Positions 7,688 through 15,377 are shown, numbered from the stretch's first letter. The stretch: DNA of 16,387 bases from Candidatus Methylomirabilia bacterium (GCA_041492755.1 JBGPXN010000095.1:1-16387), one strand, 5' to 3'. The notes: a model not told the origin generated them from the letters alone. A program made the numbers and translations.

Positions 7688-8128
7688 ATGCTCAAGGGTT
7701 CGACGAACACCGACGCGAACTTCACGCTGCTCACCATCCACGGCCCCAGCGCCAAGCTGGAAGGGAAGTTCGAGATCGCCCAGTCGCTGCACATCGAGTG
7801 CGAAGTGGGTGGCGAGCTCAGCGTGGGCGGCGAACTGTTGATCGGCGAGCGCGGCACCGTGAAGGCGAACGTGCAGACGGTCGATGCCATCGTGCAGGGC
7901 ACGTACGAGGGGAACATGGTGGCCAGCGGCACCGTGGAGATCGCCCCGACCGGACACGTGACCGGCAACATCGAGACCGACTCGCTGGTGATCGCCAAGG
8001 GCGGCTTCTTCAACGGCAACGTCACCAAGAAGAACACCCCGCAAGAGTGGAAGCTGCCGCCCTACCGCGCCGAGGATCGGCGGCCGAACCTCGTACTGGA
8101 AACTCCGCGTAGCACGGCGCTGGTGTGA
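7688..8128 (+). CDS. Bactofilin (polymer-forming cytoskeletal protein, CcmA/DUF583) 1
   Basis: TIHGPSAKLEGKF...LLIGERGTVKANVQTVDAIVQGTYEGNMVASGTVEIAPTGHVTGNIETDSLVIAKGGFFNGNV is the bactofilin beta-helix pattern. GGAGG at 7678-7682 favours ATG 7688 over 7676. Confidence 0.92.
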   Translation: MLKGSTNTDANFTLLTIHGPSAKLEGKFEIAQSLHIECEVGGELSVGGELLIGERGTVKANVQTVDAIVQGTYEGNMVASGTVEIAPTGHVTGNIETDSLVIAKGGFFNGNVTKKNTPQEWKLPPYRAEDRRPNLVLETPRSTALV

Positions 8129-8178
8129 GCCGGCGTCGTCACGACTGAACGAGCGCCCTGCGCGCAAAGGAGCGAGCG

Positions 8179-8742
8179 ATGCTTGGACGGACGAAGACCC
8201 AGACGGTGTACCGGGAGCCGCAACCGGCGTACCGGGAACCGCAACCGGCATACCGGGAGCCGCAGCTCGCGTATCGTGAGCCGTCGATCCCGACGGTGAC
8301 GATCGAGCCGCCGATCGAAGAGCCGGAGGCGCCGCAGTTCCTCGAACCCGAGGCGGTCGCGCACACGACGCCCGTGCGGCAGGGACCACCGCCACTGTTC
8401 AAGGTGTTCGGCGGTGAGGCCAAGCTGGACGGCCGCTTCGAAGTGGCCGAGTCGATCGCCATCGAGTGCGAGCTGAGTGGAGAGCTGATCGTGGGTGGAC
8501 AGCTGGTGATCGGCAGGCACGGCGTCGTCAACGCCACCACGCACACCGTGGACGCCGTCATCGAGGGCTGCTACGAGGGCACGATGGTGGCGAGCGGCAC
8601 GGTCGAGATTCTGCCCACCGGCCGGGTCAACGGTGACATCGAGAGCGACTCCCTGGTCATCGCCAAGGGCGCCGTCTTCAACGGCAACGTCGTCAAGCGC
8701 GTCCCCGACCCCACCATCGGCATCGCGCGCAGCCACCGGTAG
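8179..8742 (+). CDS. Bactofilin 2 with a Pro/Glu-rich repetitive N-terminal tail
   Basis: AAGGAG RBS. C-terminal domain ...LVIGRHGVVNATTHTVDAVIEGCYEGTMVASGTVEILPTGRVNGDIESDSLVIAKGAVFNGNV is colinear with bactofilin 1. Confidence 0.92.
   Translation: MLGRTKTQTVYREPQPAYREPQPAYREPQLAYREPSIPTVTIEPPIEEPEAPQFLEPEAVAHTTPVRQGPPPLFKVFGGEAKLDGRFEVAESIAIECELSGELIVGGQLVIGRHGVVNATTHTVDAVIEGCYEGTMVASGTVEILPTGRVNGDIESDSLVIAKGAVFNGNVVKRVPDPTIGIARSHR
8209..8283 (+). repeat. 21-bp coding tandem repeat (YREPQPA-type, about 3.5 copies)
   Basis: TACCGGGAGCCGCAACCGGCG / TACCGGGAACCGCAACCGGCA / TACCGGGAGCCGCAGCTCGCG / TATCGTGAGCCG. Confidence 0.95.
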
Positions 8743-8760
8743 ATCGCAGCGCCGGGTTTC

Positions 8761-8784
8761 GGAGGGGGGCTCGCGCCCCCCTCC
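8761..8784. repeat. GC hairpin downstream of the bactofilins (REP-like or terminator-like)
   Basis: Perfect 10-bp stem GGAGGGGGGC-TCGC-GCCCCCCTCC, 18 nt after the stop. No U-tract follows. Confidence 0.6.
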
Positions 8785-8959
8785 AGCATCCACGAGCCCG
8801 CTTCGACCTCGTTGGCGCAGCAAACCAGAGCCAGCATGATGCGTTCGCGTCTGGCCGGCGTCGTGGACGCCGTCACGCGGGTTTCCGCAGCCGAGGCGTC
8901 CGCGTTGCAACACCTCGCCACCCGATTACCCCGCAGGGTATCCGTGACCACCCAACGTG

Positions 8960-8987
8960 TTGGCGGATTCGTGGGCCGCGGTATGCT
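8960..8987 (+). promoter_or_regulatory. Possible sigma70 promoter of the FKBP gene
   Basis: TTGGCG-N16-TATGCT, 30 nt upstream of the ATG at 9018. Confidence 0.4.
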
Positions 8988-9017
8988 AGCCGAAACGACC
9001 GGACTGAGAGGGGTTCG

Positions 9018-9692
9018 ATGCGCAAAGGATTGATCTTCTCGTTCGTGGCGGTGCTGGTGGCCATCCTCGCCGTCGCTGGCGCCGCGCAGGAGCCGAAGAC
9101 CGACGAGCAGAAGGCGCTCTACGCGCTCGGTGTCGCCATAAGTCAGAGCCTGTCCTTGTTCAATCTCAGCGAGGTCGAGCTCGAGATGGTCAAGACGGGA
9201 CTCACCGACGGCGTCCTGCACAAGGAGCTGAAGGCCGACCTGCAGACGTCCAGGCCGAAGCTCGAGGAGCTGCAGCGCACCCGGCTGGCCGCCGCCGCCG
9301 CCAACGAGAAGAAGGTCGGACAAGCGTACCTCGACAAGGCCGCGACCGAAAAAGGCGCGACGAAGACGCCGTCGGGTCTGGTGATCACGACGCTCACGCC
9401 CGGCACCGGAGCCTCGCCCAAGGCGACCGACAAGGTGAAGGTGCACTACCACGGCACGCTGGTGGACGGCTCGGTCTTCGACAGCTCGGTCCAGCGGGGT
9501 GAGCCGGTGGCGTTTCCGCTCAATGGTGTCATTCGCTGCTGGACGGAAGGGGTGCCGCTGATGAAGGTCGGGGGCAAGAGCCGGCTCGTGTGCCCGGCCG
9601 ACCTGGCCTACGGTGACCGTGGTGCGCCGCCCCGGATCAAGCCGGGGGCCACGCTGGTCTTCGAGATCGAGCTGCTGGACATCCTGCAGTAG
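9018..9692 (+). CDS. FKBP-type peptidyl-prolyl cis-trans isomerase (FkpA/Mip-like, exported)
   Basis: Signal peptide, N-terminal dimerisation domain (QKALYALGVAI), and FKBP domain VKVHYHGTLVDGSVFDSS..RGEP..FPLNGVIRCWTEG..LMKVGGK..LAYG..IKPGATLVFEIELL. Confidence 0.96.
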   Translation: MRKGLIFSFVAVLVAILAVAGAAQEPKTDEQKALYALGVAISQSLSLFNLSEVELEMVKTGLTDGVLHKELKADLQTSRPKLEELQRTRLAAAAANEKKVGQAYLDKAATEKGATKTPSGLVITTLTPGTGASPKATDKVKVHYHGTLVDGSVFDSSVQRGEPVAFPLNGVIRCWTEGVPLMKVGGKSRLVCPADLAYGDRGAPPRIKPGATLVFEIELLDILQ

Positions 9693-9696
9693 TGAC

Positions 9697-9767
9697 ATGG
9701 GGGGCCACGAAATGGCCCCCCATACCCCCCCGAGCGCTCGGAAGCGCCCCGGGGCACCCGGGGCGCT
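9697..9767. repeat. Double-hairpin intergenic element between convergent genes
   Basis: 11-bp stem ATGGGGGGCCA-CGAAA-TGGCCCCCCAT (9697-9723), a C tract, palindrome CGAGCGCTCG (9731-9740), and an 11-bp stem AGCGCCCCGGG-GCA-CCCGGGGCGCT (9743-9767). Confidence 0.75.
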
Positions 9768-9841
9768 CCTCGATCTCCGTTTACTTCGAGACGCGCCTAG
9801 CCTCCGCCTACTGTAGCCTAGCCGCTCCGCCAGCCGAAAAA

Positions 9842-11419
9842 CTAGCCGCCGAGCGCTTCCCGGAACCGGTTGTAGGCTTCCAGCGGGTCACCGAACTTCT
9901 GGTGGCCCGCCGTGTGATGCGCGCACGCGATCAGCAGGGTGTCGCGGTCGGGCGCGGTGCTGTGGCCGTAGTCCTCGAGCAGGCAGAGGCCAATCTCCTG
10001 GTTGTGCGGATCGTTGCCTTCCCGCGCCGCGGCCAGCGCCAGCGTCTGCACGAGCGGCGCGCGATCGTAACCGGCGTCGAGATACGCGCGCACCCAGGCG
10101 CGGCTCTCGTCGGTCTTCAGCGCTTTCTGGGCGTCGTCTAGTCGCCGGAGCACGTCGGCCGGGGAGAGCGAGCGGGCGCCCTGCGGCGCGCGCGTCTCGC
10201 CTTCGCCGTTGCCTGGCGTGTTCTGCACCCAATGCGCGGCCTGGTGAATGAACGAGCCGGCGACGTAGAGGAGCTTGAGCCGGTGAGGATGCTCGAAGGT
10301 GTCGTAGAACCACCGCAGCGTGTTCGTGTACTCGTAGCCGTGGTGCGGCATCGAGAAGTTCGCGGGGTTGCCCGCGGTCAGGATCACGCGCGCGGCGGCG
10401 ATCTGGATCGTGTCGACGATCTGGCGCGGATCCTTGCCCGCGAGCAGCAGCGCGGTGATCTCGTGGATGAACGCGGGCTCGGGCTCGGCAATGATCGCGT
10501 CGATCAACCGCTGCGCTTCCGCCGGGGTCAGCGGCGCGGTGTTGCGCAGGAGCCGCTCCTCCACCAGGCGCCGTGGTGACGGCTCCATCGAGGACTTGGG
10601 CTTGGCATCGTCCTCCGCGAGGTGGAGCCAGGTCACCTGGCAGGCCATCTCGTACGTGGCGTGCCAGCGCGGGCCGACCGCCATGTCGAGCGCGCCCGCG
10701 TAGAGCACGTCGTGGGCGTCGTCCCAGCCGATGGCGTGGCCAACCTCGATCGTCGCCCGCGCGCGATACCCCTTGTGCCCGGTGGTGTACGAGCGGTTGT
10801 AGAGCATCCGATCCTGCACGTCGATGAGCCCGGCGAACGCCAGATGCGCGAGCAGCTCCCGGCGGTGCTCCCGTTCTTCGAAGAGGCCGAGGAAGACGCG
10901 ATAGGCTTCCAGCACCTCACCGCGCTGCACGAGCGTCAGCCAGTGGTCGAGACGCTCGTCGAACGGTCCCTCGAGCCTCGCCGGCTCCTGATCCGGCCAG
11001 TGCCGCTCCGGCGGCGCGACCGGCTTGTTCGGGTCACGCTTCTGGCCGCGGCCGCCGTAGTGGCCGGGCGCCTTGCCGAGGAGCTGGTTCCAGGGGTCGA
11101 GGCCGGTCGGCACGTACCAGATCGTCTGCGCGAGCGGCAAGTACGCGAGCGCCGGGGGCAGGTAGCCGGGCAGGTGCACGCTCGTGCGCGCGCTCAGCAG
11201 GCAGTGGTCGTTGTTGACGAAGCGCACGAAGCCGTTGTCGATGCGCTGGTGATACGGCACGTGCGTGTACGGCGCGTGGATGCGCACGGTCTCGTGCAGG
11301 ATCTCCGCGCGCGGACGGCCGGCGCGCACGAGATCGTAGAAGACCGCGGTGGCGCCGAGCTGGTCGCGCGCGAGAACGCGCTCTTCGAGCTTCGCGTAGA
11401 GGCCGCCTGCCCTGTCCAT
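9842..11419 (-). CDS. Uncharacterised 525-aa helical protein with four His-bearing internal repeats
   Basis: Long ORF with protein-like composition, a GGAG upstream, and co-orientation with the amidohydrolase gene. No family recognised with confidence. Confidence 0.85.
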   Translation of the reverse strand: MDRAGGLYAKLEERVLARDQLGATAVFYDLVRAGRPRAEILHETVRIHAPYTHVPYHQRIDNGFVRFVNNDHCLLSARTSVHLPGYLPPALAYLPLAQTIWYVPTGLDPWNQLLGKAPGHYGGRGQKRDPNKPVAPPERHWPDQEPARLEGPFDERLDHWLTLVQRGEVLEAYRVFLGLFEEREHRRELLAHLAFAGLIDVQDRMLYNRSYTTGHKGYRARATIEVGHAIGWDDAHDVLYAGALDMAVGPRWHATYEMACQVTWLHLAEDDAKPKSSMEPSPRRLVEERLLRNTAPLTPAEAQRLIDAIIAEPEPAFIHEITALLLAGKDPRQIVDTIQIAAARVILTAGNPANFSMPHHGYEYTNTLRWFYDTFEHPHRLKLLYVAGSFIHQAAHWVQNTPGNGEGETRAPQGARSLSPADVLRRLDDAQKALKTDESRAWVRAYLDAGYDRAPLVQTLALAAAREGNDPHNQEIGLCLLEDYGHSTAPDRDTLLIACAHHTAGHQKFGDPLEAYNRFREALGG

Positions 11420-11485
11420 CAGCTCACTCCGATCTCGGTGAACGATTCACGGCATCACCGCCCCGGGCCGCGAAGACGTCAGATG

Positions 11486-12685
11486 CTACACGGCGAATCC
11501 GTAGAACCGACCGGCGTTCTCGCAGACGACCTTGCGACGGAGGTCGGCGGGCAGGTGCCCGAGCTCTTTCTGGATGTACTCCTGCGAATCCGGCCACACC
11601 CCGTCGGGATGCGGGAAGTCCGAACCCCACATCACGTTCTCGGCGCCGAGGTCGTCGAGGAGCTTGATGCCGATCGGATCGGTCTGGAACGTCGCCCTGC
11701 ACTGCCGCCGCCAGTAGGCGCTGGGGGGCATCGTGAGCGAGAGGTCCTTGAACTGGTCCTCCCACTCGGCGTCCATGCGCTGCAGGATGTAGGGAATCCA
11801 GCCGATCCCGCTCTCGCCGAGCACGAGGCGGATGCGCGGATACTTCTCGAGCACGCCGCCGAAGATCATCGACGTGAGGATGTTCGTCATGTTGATCTGG
11901 AACTGGGTGATGTTCGACGCGAACGCCGCGCGGGCCACCGGCAGCGCCACTTTGGGCGCGTCGGGCGCGTTGGCGCGGGTGGGATCGGATCCCACGAGGA
12001 CGATCTTCCGCAGGTGGTCCGGCATGTAACCGCCGACGGTGTGGAAGTGCAGCGGCAGCCCCGTCTCGTTGATGGCTTCCCAGAGCGGATTCCAGTACGG
12101 ATCCCACAGCGGCGTCAGCTCCGCCGAGTTCGCGATGTCGACCCCGCGCACCACGCCGCGCTTGGCCACGCGCTTGACCTCGGCGATCGCGGCTTCCAGT
12201 GGACCGTTCGGGATCGAAGCCAGGCCCGCGAAGCGCTCGGGATGGGTCGCGCAGAAGTCCGCGAGCCAGTCGTTGTAGACGCGCAGGACCTCGACGGCCG
12301 CCTCCGGATCGTTCATGCGCCCCGTCGTCCCGAGCACGCCGTAGAGCACCTCGCCCTGCACGCCGTCGCGGTCCTGGTCCTTCAGCCGCAGCTCGGGATC
12401 GGTGATCCGCCGGATCCCGCGCTTGCCGTCGTCGTAAAGGCCCGTCTCCGCCATCCGATCCGAGCGGTGGATCCGGCCCGGGACGTACTCGCGTCCGGCC
12501 GAGCCCATGCCGCAGGGCCGGCCGAGGGCGGCGCCCTTCTTCGTGGTCCACCGCGGACCGGCGGAACTGTCGGTCACGTACGGCATGCGGTCCTTCATGG
12601 CGGCTGACGCGTTCCCGGTGAAGAGGTCGGGCGGCAGCCAGCAGAGGTCGAGGTGGCAATCCGCGGAAATCGTGTCGTATCGCAT
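11486..12685 (-). CDS. Amidohydrolase family protein (amidohydrolase_2-like)
   Basis: ATG 12685 with an AAGGAG RBS. Motifs ISADCH, RLKDQDRDGVQGEVLY, YNDWLADFC, PLHFH, ESGIGWIPY and MWGSDFPHPDG. Confidence 0.93.
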   Translation of the reverse strand: MRYDTISADCHLDLCWLPPDLFTGNASAAMKDRMPYVTDSSAGPRWTTKKGAALGRPCGMGSAGREYVPGRIHRSDRMAETGLYDDGKRGIRRITDPELRLKDQDRDGVQGEVLYGVLGTTGRMNDPEAAVEVLRVYNDWLADFCATHPERFAGLASIPNGPLEAAIAEVKRVAKRGVVRGVDIANSAELTPLWDPYWNPLWEAINETGLPLHFHTVGGYMPDHLRKIVLVGSDPTRANAPDAPKVALPVARAAFASNITQFQINMTNILTSMIFGGVLEKYPRIRLVLGESGIGWIPYILQRMDAEWEDQFKDLSLTMPPSAYWRRQCRATFQTDPIGIKLLDDLGAENVMWGSDFPHPDGVWPDSQEYIQKELGHLPADLRRKVVCENAGRFYGFAV

Positions 12686-12715
12686 GGTCGTACGCTCCTT
12701 CCGAGACGGTGCGTT

Positions 12716-12745
12716 ATTCTGCGCGCGAGGCGCCCGCCATTGCAA
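12716..12745 (-). promoter_or_regulatory. Possible sigma70 promoter of the amidohydrolase gene
   Basis: Minus strand TTGCAA-N18-CAGAAT, 30 nt upstream of the ATG. Confidence 0.4.
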
Positions 12746-12810
12746 GCGGAGCGGCCACCGGCCGTGGGCCGATGGCCCACTCCCGACCTTCGGCTGCCCC
12801 ACCACGAGCG

Positions 12811-13875
12811 CTACATGCGCGCGACCACGCGCCGCGCGAACTCCTCGGCGAACCGCCACTTATCGTCGACGCCGGTGGCGAACATCAGCTCCTGAAGCCC
12901 CTGGCGCTCCAGCTCGCGGACGTGCTCGATGAGCTCGTCCGCCGTCCCGACCAGACAGGTGGCCCGGACCAGGTTGGCGTCGATCAGCTCGGCCTCGCCG
13001 GGGTGCAGCGCGGTGTAGTGGAGCTCGTGCGTCCGGAAGTGTCGGTGCTCCGGCGGAATCTCCTCGACCAATGCGCAGTATCGCTTCCAGATCGGCCGGA
13101 GGAACTCCGGAGGCTCGACGCCCCGCTCGTGGACCTCGTCGTAGAAGTAGTAGACGCTCGCCATCACGTTCGGTCCGACCGCGCGGATCACGCGCTCGGA
13201 ATCGGCCGGCTCGCCCGGCTCCAGCAACGCGATGTTGGTCAGCGCGCAATTCCGGAAGCCGTCGAGCGCGCGGCCGGCACTGGCCGCGCCCTTCTCCGCA
13301 TGCCGCAGTGCCTCGGCGACGGGCACGCCACGGGGCGGGATCGCGAACACAAGGCCGTCGCCGTACCGGCCCGCCAGCTCCATGGCCCGCGGTCCGAAGC
13401 CGGAGACATAGAGCGGGATCTTCGGCTCCAGGCTCATGTACTTCGCTTCGTGCATGAGGATGCGGATAGGGCGGGTGACTCCGTCGAAGGTGTAGTCCAC
13501 GACGTCGCCGCGCAGCAGCGTGCTGAGCACGCGGAGGTATTCGGCGTACTCGGCGACCCGCATCGGCCGCTGCCCCATCGTGCGCATGGCCGTGTTGCCG
13601 GTGCCGATGCCCAGGTGCACGCGTCCCGGGGCCAGCCGGTTGAGCGTCGCCATCGCCGCCACGTGCACGGGAGGGATCCGTGTTCCGGAAATCGCCGTGC
13701 CGGGCCCGAGGCGGAGCCGCGTGGTCTGCCGGGCCGCCAGCGCGAGCACGGCGTAACAGTCGGAGAAGAGCATCTGGCTGTCCGTGACCCACACGGAGTC
13801 GTACCCGAGCATCTCGACGTGATTGAAGAAGCCGATCTCGTCGACGTTGGCCATCACGCAGACGCCGAAGCGCAT
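12811..13875 (-). CDS. LLM-class (luciferase-like) flavin/F420-dependent oxidoreductase
   Basis: MRFGV...GYDSVWVTDSQ...LAARQTTRLRLGPG...ATLNRLAPGRVHLGIGTG...IPLYVSGFGPRAMELAGRYGDG is the Mer-like LLM pattern. Confidence 0.92.
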   Translation of the reverse strand: MRFGVCVMANVDEIGFFNHVEMLGYDSVWVTDSQMLFSDCYAVLALAARQTTRLRLGPGTAISGTRIPPVHVAAMATLNRLAPGRVHLGIGTGNTAMRTMGQRPMRVAEYAEYLRVLSTLLRGDVVDYTFDGVTRPIRILMHEAKYMSLEPKIPLYVSGFGPRAMELAGRYGDGLVFAIPPRGVPVAEALRHAEKGAASAGRALDGFRNCALTNIALLEPGEPADSERVIRAVGPNVMASVYYFYDEVHERGVEPPEFLRPIWKRYCALVEEIPPEHRHFRTHELHYTALHPGEAELIDANLVRATCLVGTADELIEHVRELERQGLQELMFATGVDDKWRFAEEFARRVVARM

Positions 13876-13876
13876 C

Positions 13877-14725
13877 TCAGGCCCCCTCCGCGGATGAGCG
13901 CGCCGTGGCGCCGCGCTCGAAGACCGCCTGGATCATCACGATGCGTCGCTCGTCACGATTGCGCTGGCCGGCCCGCGTGATCTCGTCGAGCCCGTCCCCC
14001 ATGACCAGCCGCTGGATACTGTGCGCCGGCACGGCGGCGCCGCTACTCGCCCCCGCCAGCTCCAGCGTCACGTCCTCCCAGGCACGCGGGCGGAAGCCCA
14101 CGGCTTCGATCAACCCGCGCATCTCGGCCGGCGGGCGCAGGAAGCTGGCCGAGGCGTCACGCGCCCACATCACGGGGAAGACGACGGGCTGCACGGAACC
14201 GGCCATCGGCTCCTGGAGGACCAGCAGACCGCCGGGACGCAGCACGCGGACGAAGCCGGCGTACAACCGCTCCTTGTCGGCGATGTTCATGCCGCTGTTC
14301 TGCGTCCACACGACGTCGAATGCACCGGCGTCGACGTCCAGCGCCATCGCGTCGCCGATGCGATGCGTGACCCGCGCGGCCAGTCCGATTCGAGCGGTAA
14401 GGGCCTGGCCCGCGCGCACGTACGACTCCGTGAGATCCACGACCGTGACGTGACAGCCAAACTCGGTGGCCAGCGTGCGCGCCGGGCCTCCGAGGCCGCC
14501 ACCGACGTCGAGGACACGCAGCCCGGGCCGCAGGCCAGCCAGGCGCGCCAGCCGGTCCGTCGCCTTCTTGCCGCCCCCGTGAAACTGGTCGGCGGGCACC
14601 AGGTCGTCGACGGTCAGCGCGTGGACGTCCTTGCCCGCGGCCACGAGGGCGTCGAGGATCGCGCGCTCGAGCCCGTCGCGTCCCCAGTATGCGTTGGCCG
14701 CCCGCGCGTCACTCGCCTCGATCAT
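13877..14725 (-). CDS. Class I SAM-dependent methyltransferase
   Basis: ATG 14725. DQFHGGG, motif I VLDVGGGLGGPAR, VTVVDLT, GDAMAL, FDVVW and RVLRPGG. Stop lies 1 nt from the LLM start. Confidence 0.93.
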   Translation of the reverse strand: MIEASDARAANAYWGRDGLERAILDALVAAGKDVHALTVDDLVPADQFHGGGKKATDRLARLAGLRPGLRVLDVGGGLGGPARTLATEFGCHVTVVDLTESYVRAGQALTARIGLAARVTHRIGDAMALDVDAGAFDVVWTQNSGMNIADKERLYAGFVRVLRPGGLLVLQEPMAGSVQPVVFPVMWARDASASFLRPPAEMRGLIEAVGFRPRAWEDVTLELAGASSGAAVPAHSIQRLVMGDGLDEITRAGQRNRDERRIVMIQAVFERGATARSSAEGA

Positions 14726-14740
14726 GGGATCCTGCGGGGG

Positions 14741-14770
14741 ACTATGCGGGGGAGGCCACCACCCGGTCAA
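14741..14770 (-). promoter_or_regulatory. Possible sigma70 promoter of the methyltransferase-LLM pair
   Basis: Minus strand TTGACC-N18-CATAGT, 15 nt upstream of ATG 14725. This suggests the ORF-track TTG start at 14770 is really the -35 box. Confidence 0.45.
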
Positions 14771-14792
14771 GCGCCCGCCCTATCGAGCCGGT

Positions 14793-14876
14793 CACCAGCG
14801 GCGTTCGCGTCGCGCCCCCGACGAGGAAGGTCTCGTCGATCTGGTCGGGGCGCCTGCCGGCATCGGCGAGGGCCTG
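14793..14876 (-). pseudogene. Hsp70 (DnaK/HscA/HscC-like) internal gene fragment
   Basis: Translates to QALADAGRRPDQIDETFLVGGATRTPLV, which aligns without gaps to the DnaK segment ALxDAGL...IDDVILVGGQTRMPMV. No start codon or rest of the gene is present. Confidence 0.75.
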
Positions 14877-15034
14877 GTGGACGCCTCGCCGAGGATCTCC
14901 AGGCTCTTCACGAACGCTCGGCGGAGTGTCTCGCTCCGCAGGAACTCGGTCTTCGAGACGTCCCGGCTGTGCTCGAGCAGATAGTTTGCCTCAGCCAGGA
15001 TATGCCGGAGATACTCACGCGGTTCGAACGACAT
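14877..15034 (-). pseudogene. Truncated HepT/DUF86 (HEPN) RNase toxin
   Basis: MSFEPREYLRHILAEANYL...ETLRRAFVKSLEILGEAS is the DUF86 N-terminal half. Similarity stops after GEA, and the catalytic R-X4-6-H motif is absent. The frame continues through unrelated sequence to a stop at 14792. Confidence 0.85.
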
Positions 15035-15275
15035 CCTCCGCCTCGGAGAGGATGTGCGGTCCGATGTACGGGCTCAGCGCCTCGGTCGTGACCAGTTCGA
15101 CTGGATGGTCCAGCAGGCGCTCGAGCAACTCGGACAGTGCGAGAAAGTTGTCGAAGGTCTTGCGGGCGGGATCGAACTCCACCAGGACATCGACGTCGCT
15201 GTCGGGTCGAGCTTCGTTCCGCACGACCGAGCCGACCAGCGCGAGTCGACGCACGCCGAGGCTGGTGATCTCCAC
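15015..15275 (-). CDS. MntA-type minimal nucleotidyltransferase antitoxin (probably N-terminally truncated)
   Basis: GVRRLALVGSVVRNEARPDSDVDVLVEF contains GS-X10-DXD. Overlaps the HEPN start. There is no in-frame start further upstream before a TAA, so the usual first helix seems to be missing. Confidence 0.8.
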   Translation of the reverse strand: MEITSLGVRRLALVGSVVRNEARPDSDVDVLVEFDPARKTFDNFLALSELLERLLDHPVELVTTEALSPYIGPHILSEAEDVVRTA

Positions 15276-15377
15276 GGTCGCTGGCCTATACAGGCTACGT
15301 CCCGATACATCCCGAGTCTGCCCGGCTTATCCCTCGAAAAGCGTCAGCGTGACATCAGCAAGAACACGCAGCATGTT

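Noticed and set aside
8209..8283. Direct repeats considered as a CRISPR array
   Set aside because: They are contiguous 21-bp in-frame coding repeats with no spacers, and there are no cas genes nearby.
7430..8395. 5' extension of the 525-aa ORF 6818..8395
   Set aside because: It is antisense to the bactofilins and spans promoter DNA. The signal peptide, RBS and sigma28 motif place the start at 7429.
8810..8900. GCAAACC-containing intergenic stretch considered as a c-di-GMP-I riboswitch (also GCAAACC at 6682)
   Set aside because: It lacks the GAAA tetraloop and the GGGACGCAAAGC core. No supportable structure.
10622..12607. 661-aa plus-strand ORF and other long antisense ORFs (376-915, 2415-3236, 4002-5024, 5830-6837, 8571-9698, 12709-13980, 14021-15091)
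   Set aside because: They are shadow frames of well-supported genes on the opposite strand, which is expected in high-GC DNA. No recognisable motifs.
12764..12780. GTGGGCC-GAT-GGCCCAC hairpin after the LLM gene as a terminator
   Set aside because: It is only a 7-bp stem with no U-tract, which could arise by chance at this GC content.
14792..15275. Functional MntA-HepT toxin-antitoxin system
   Set aside because: The toxin lacks its catalytic half and the antitoxin looks N-terminally short, so the pair is treated as a remnant.
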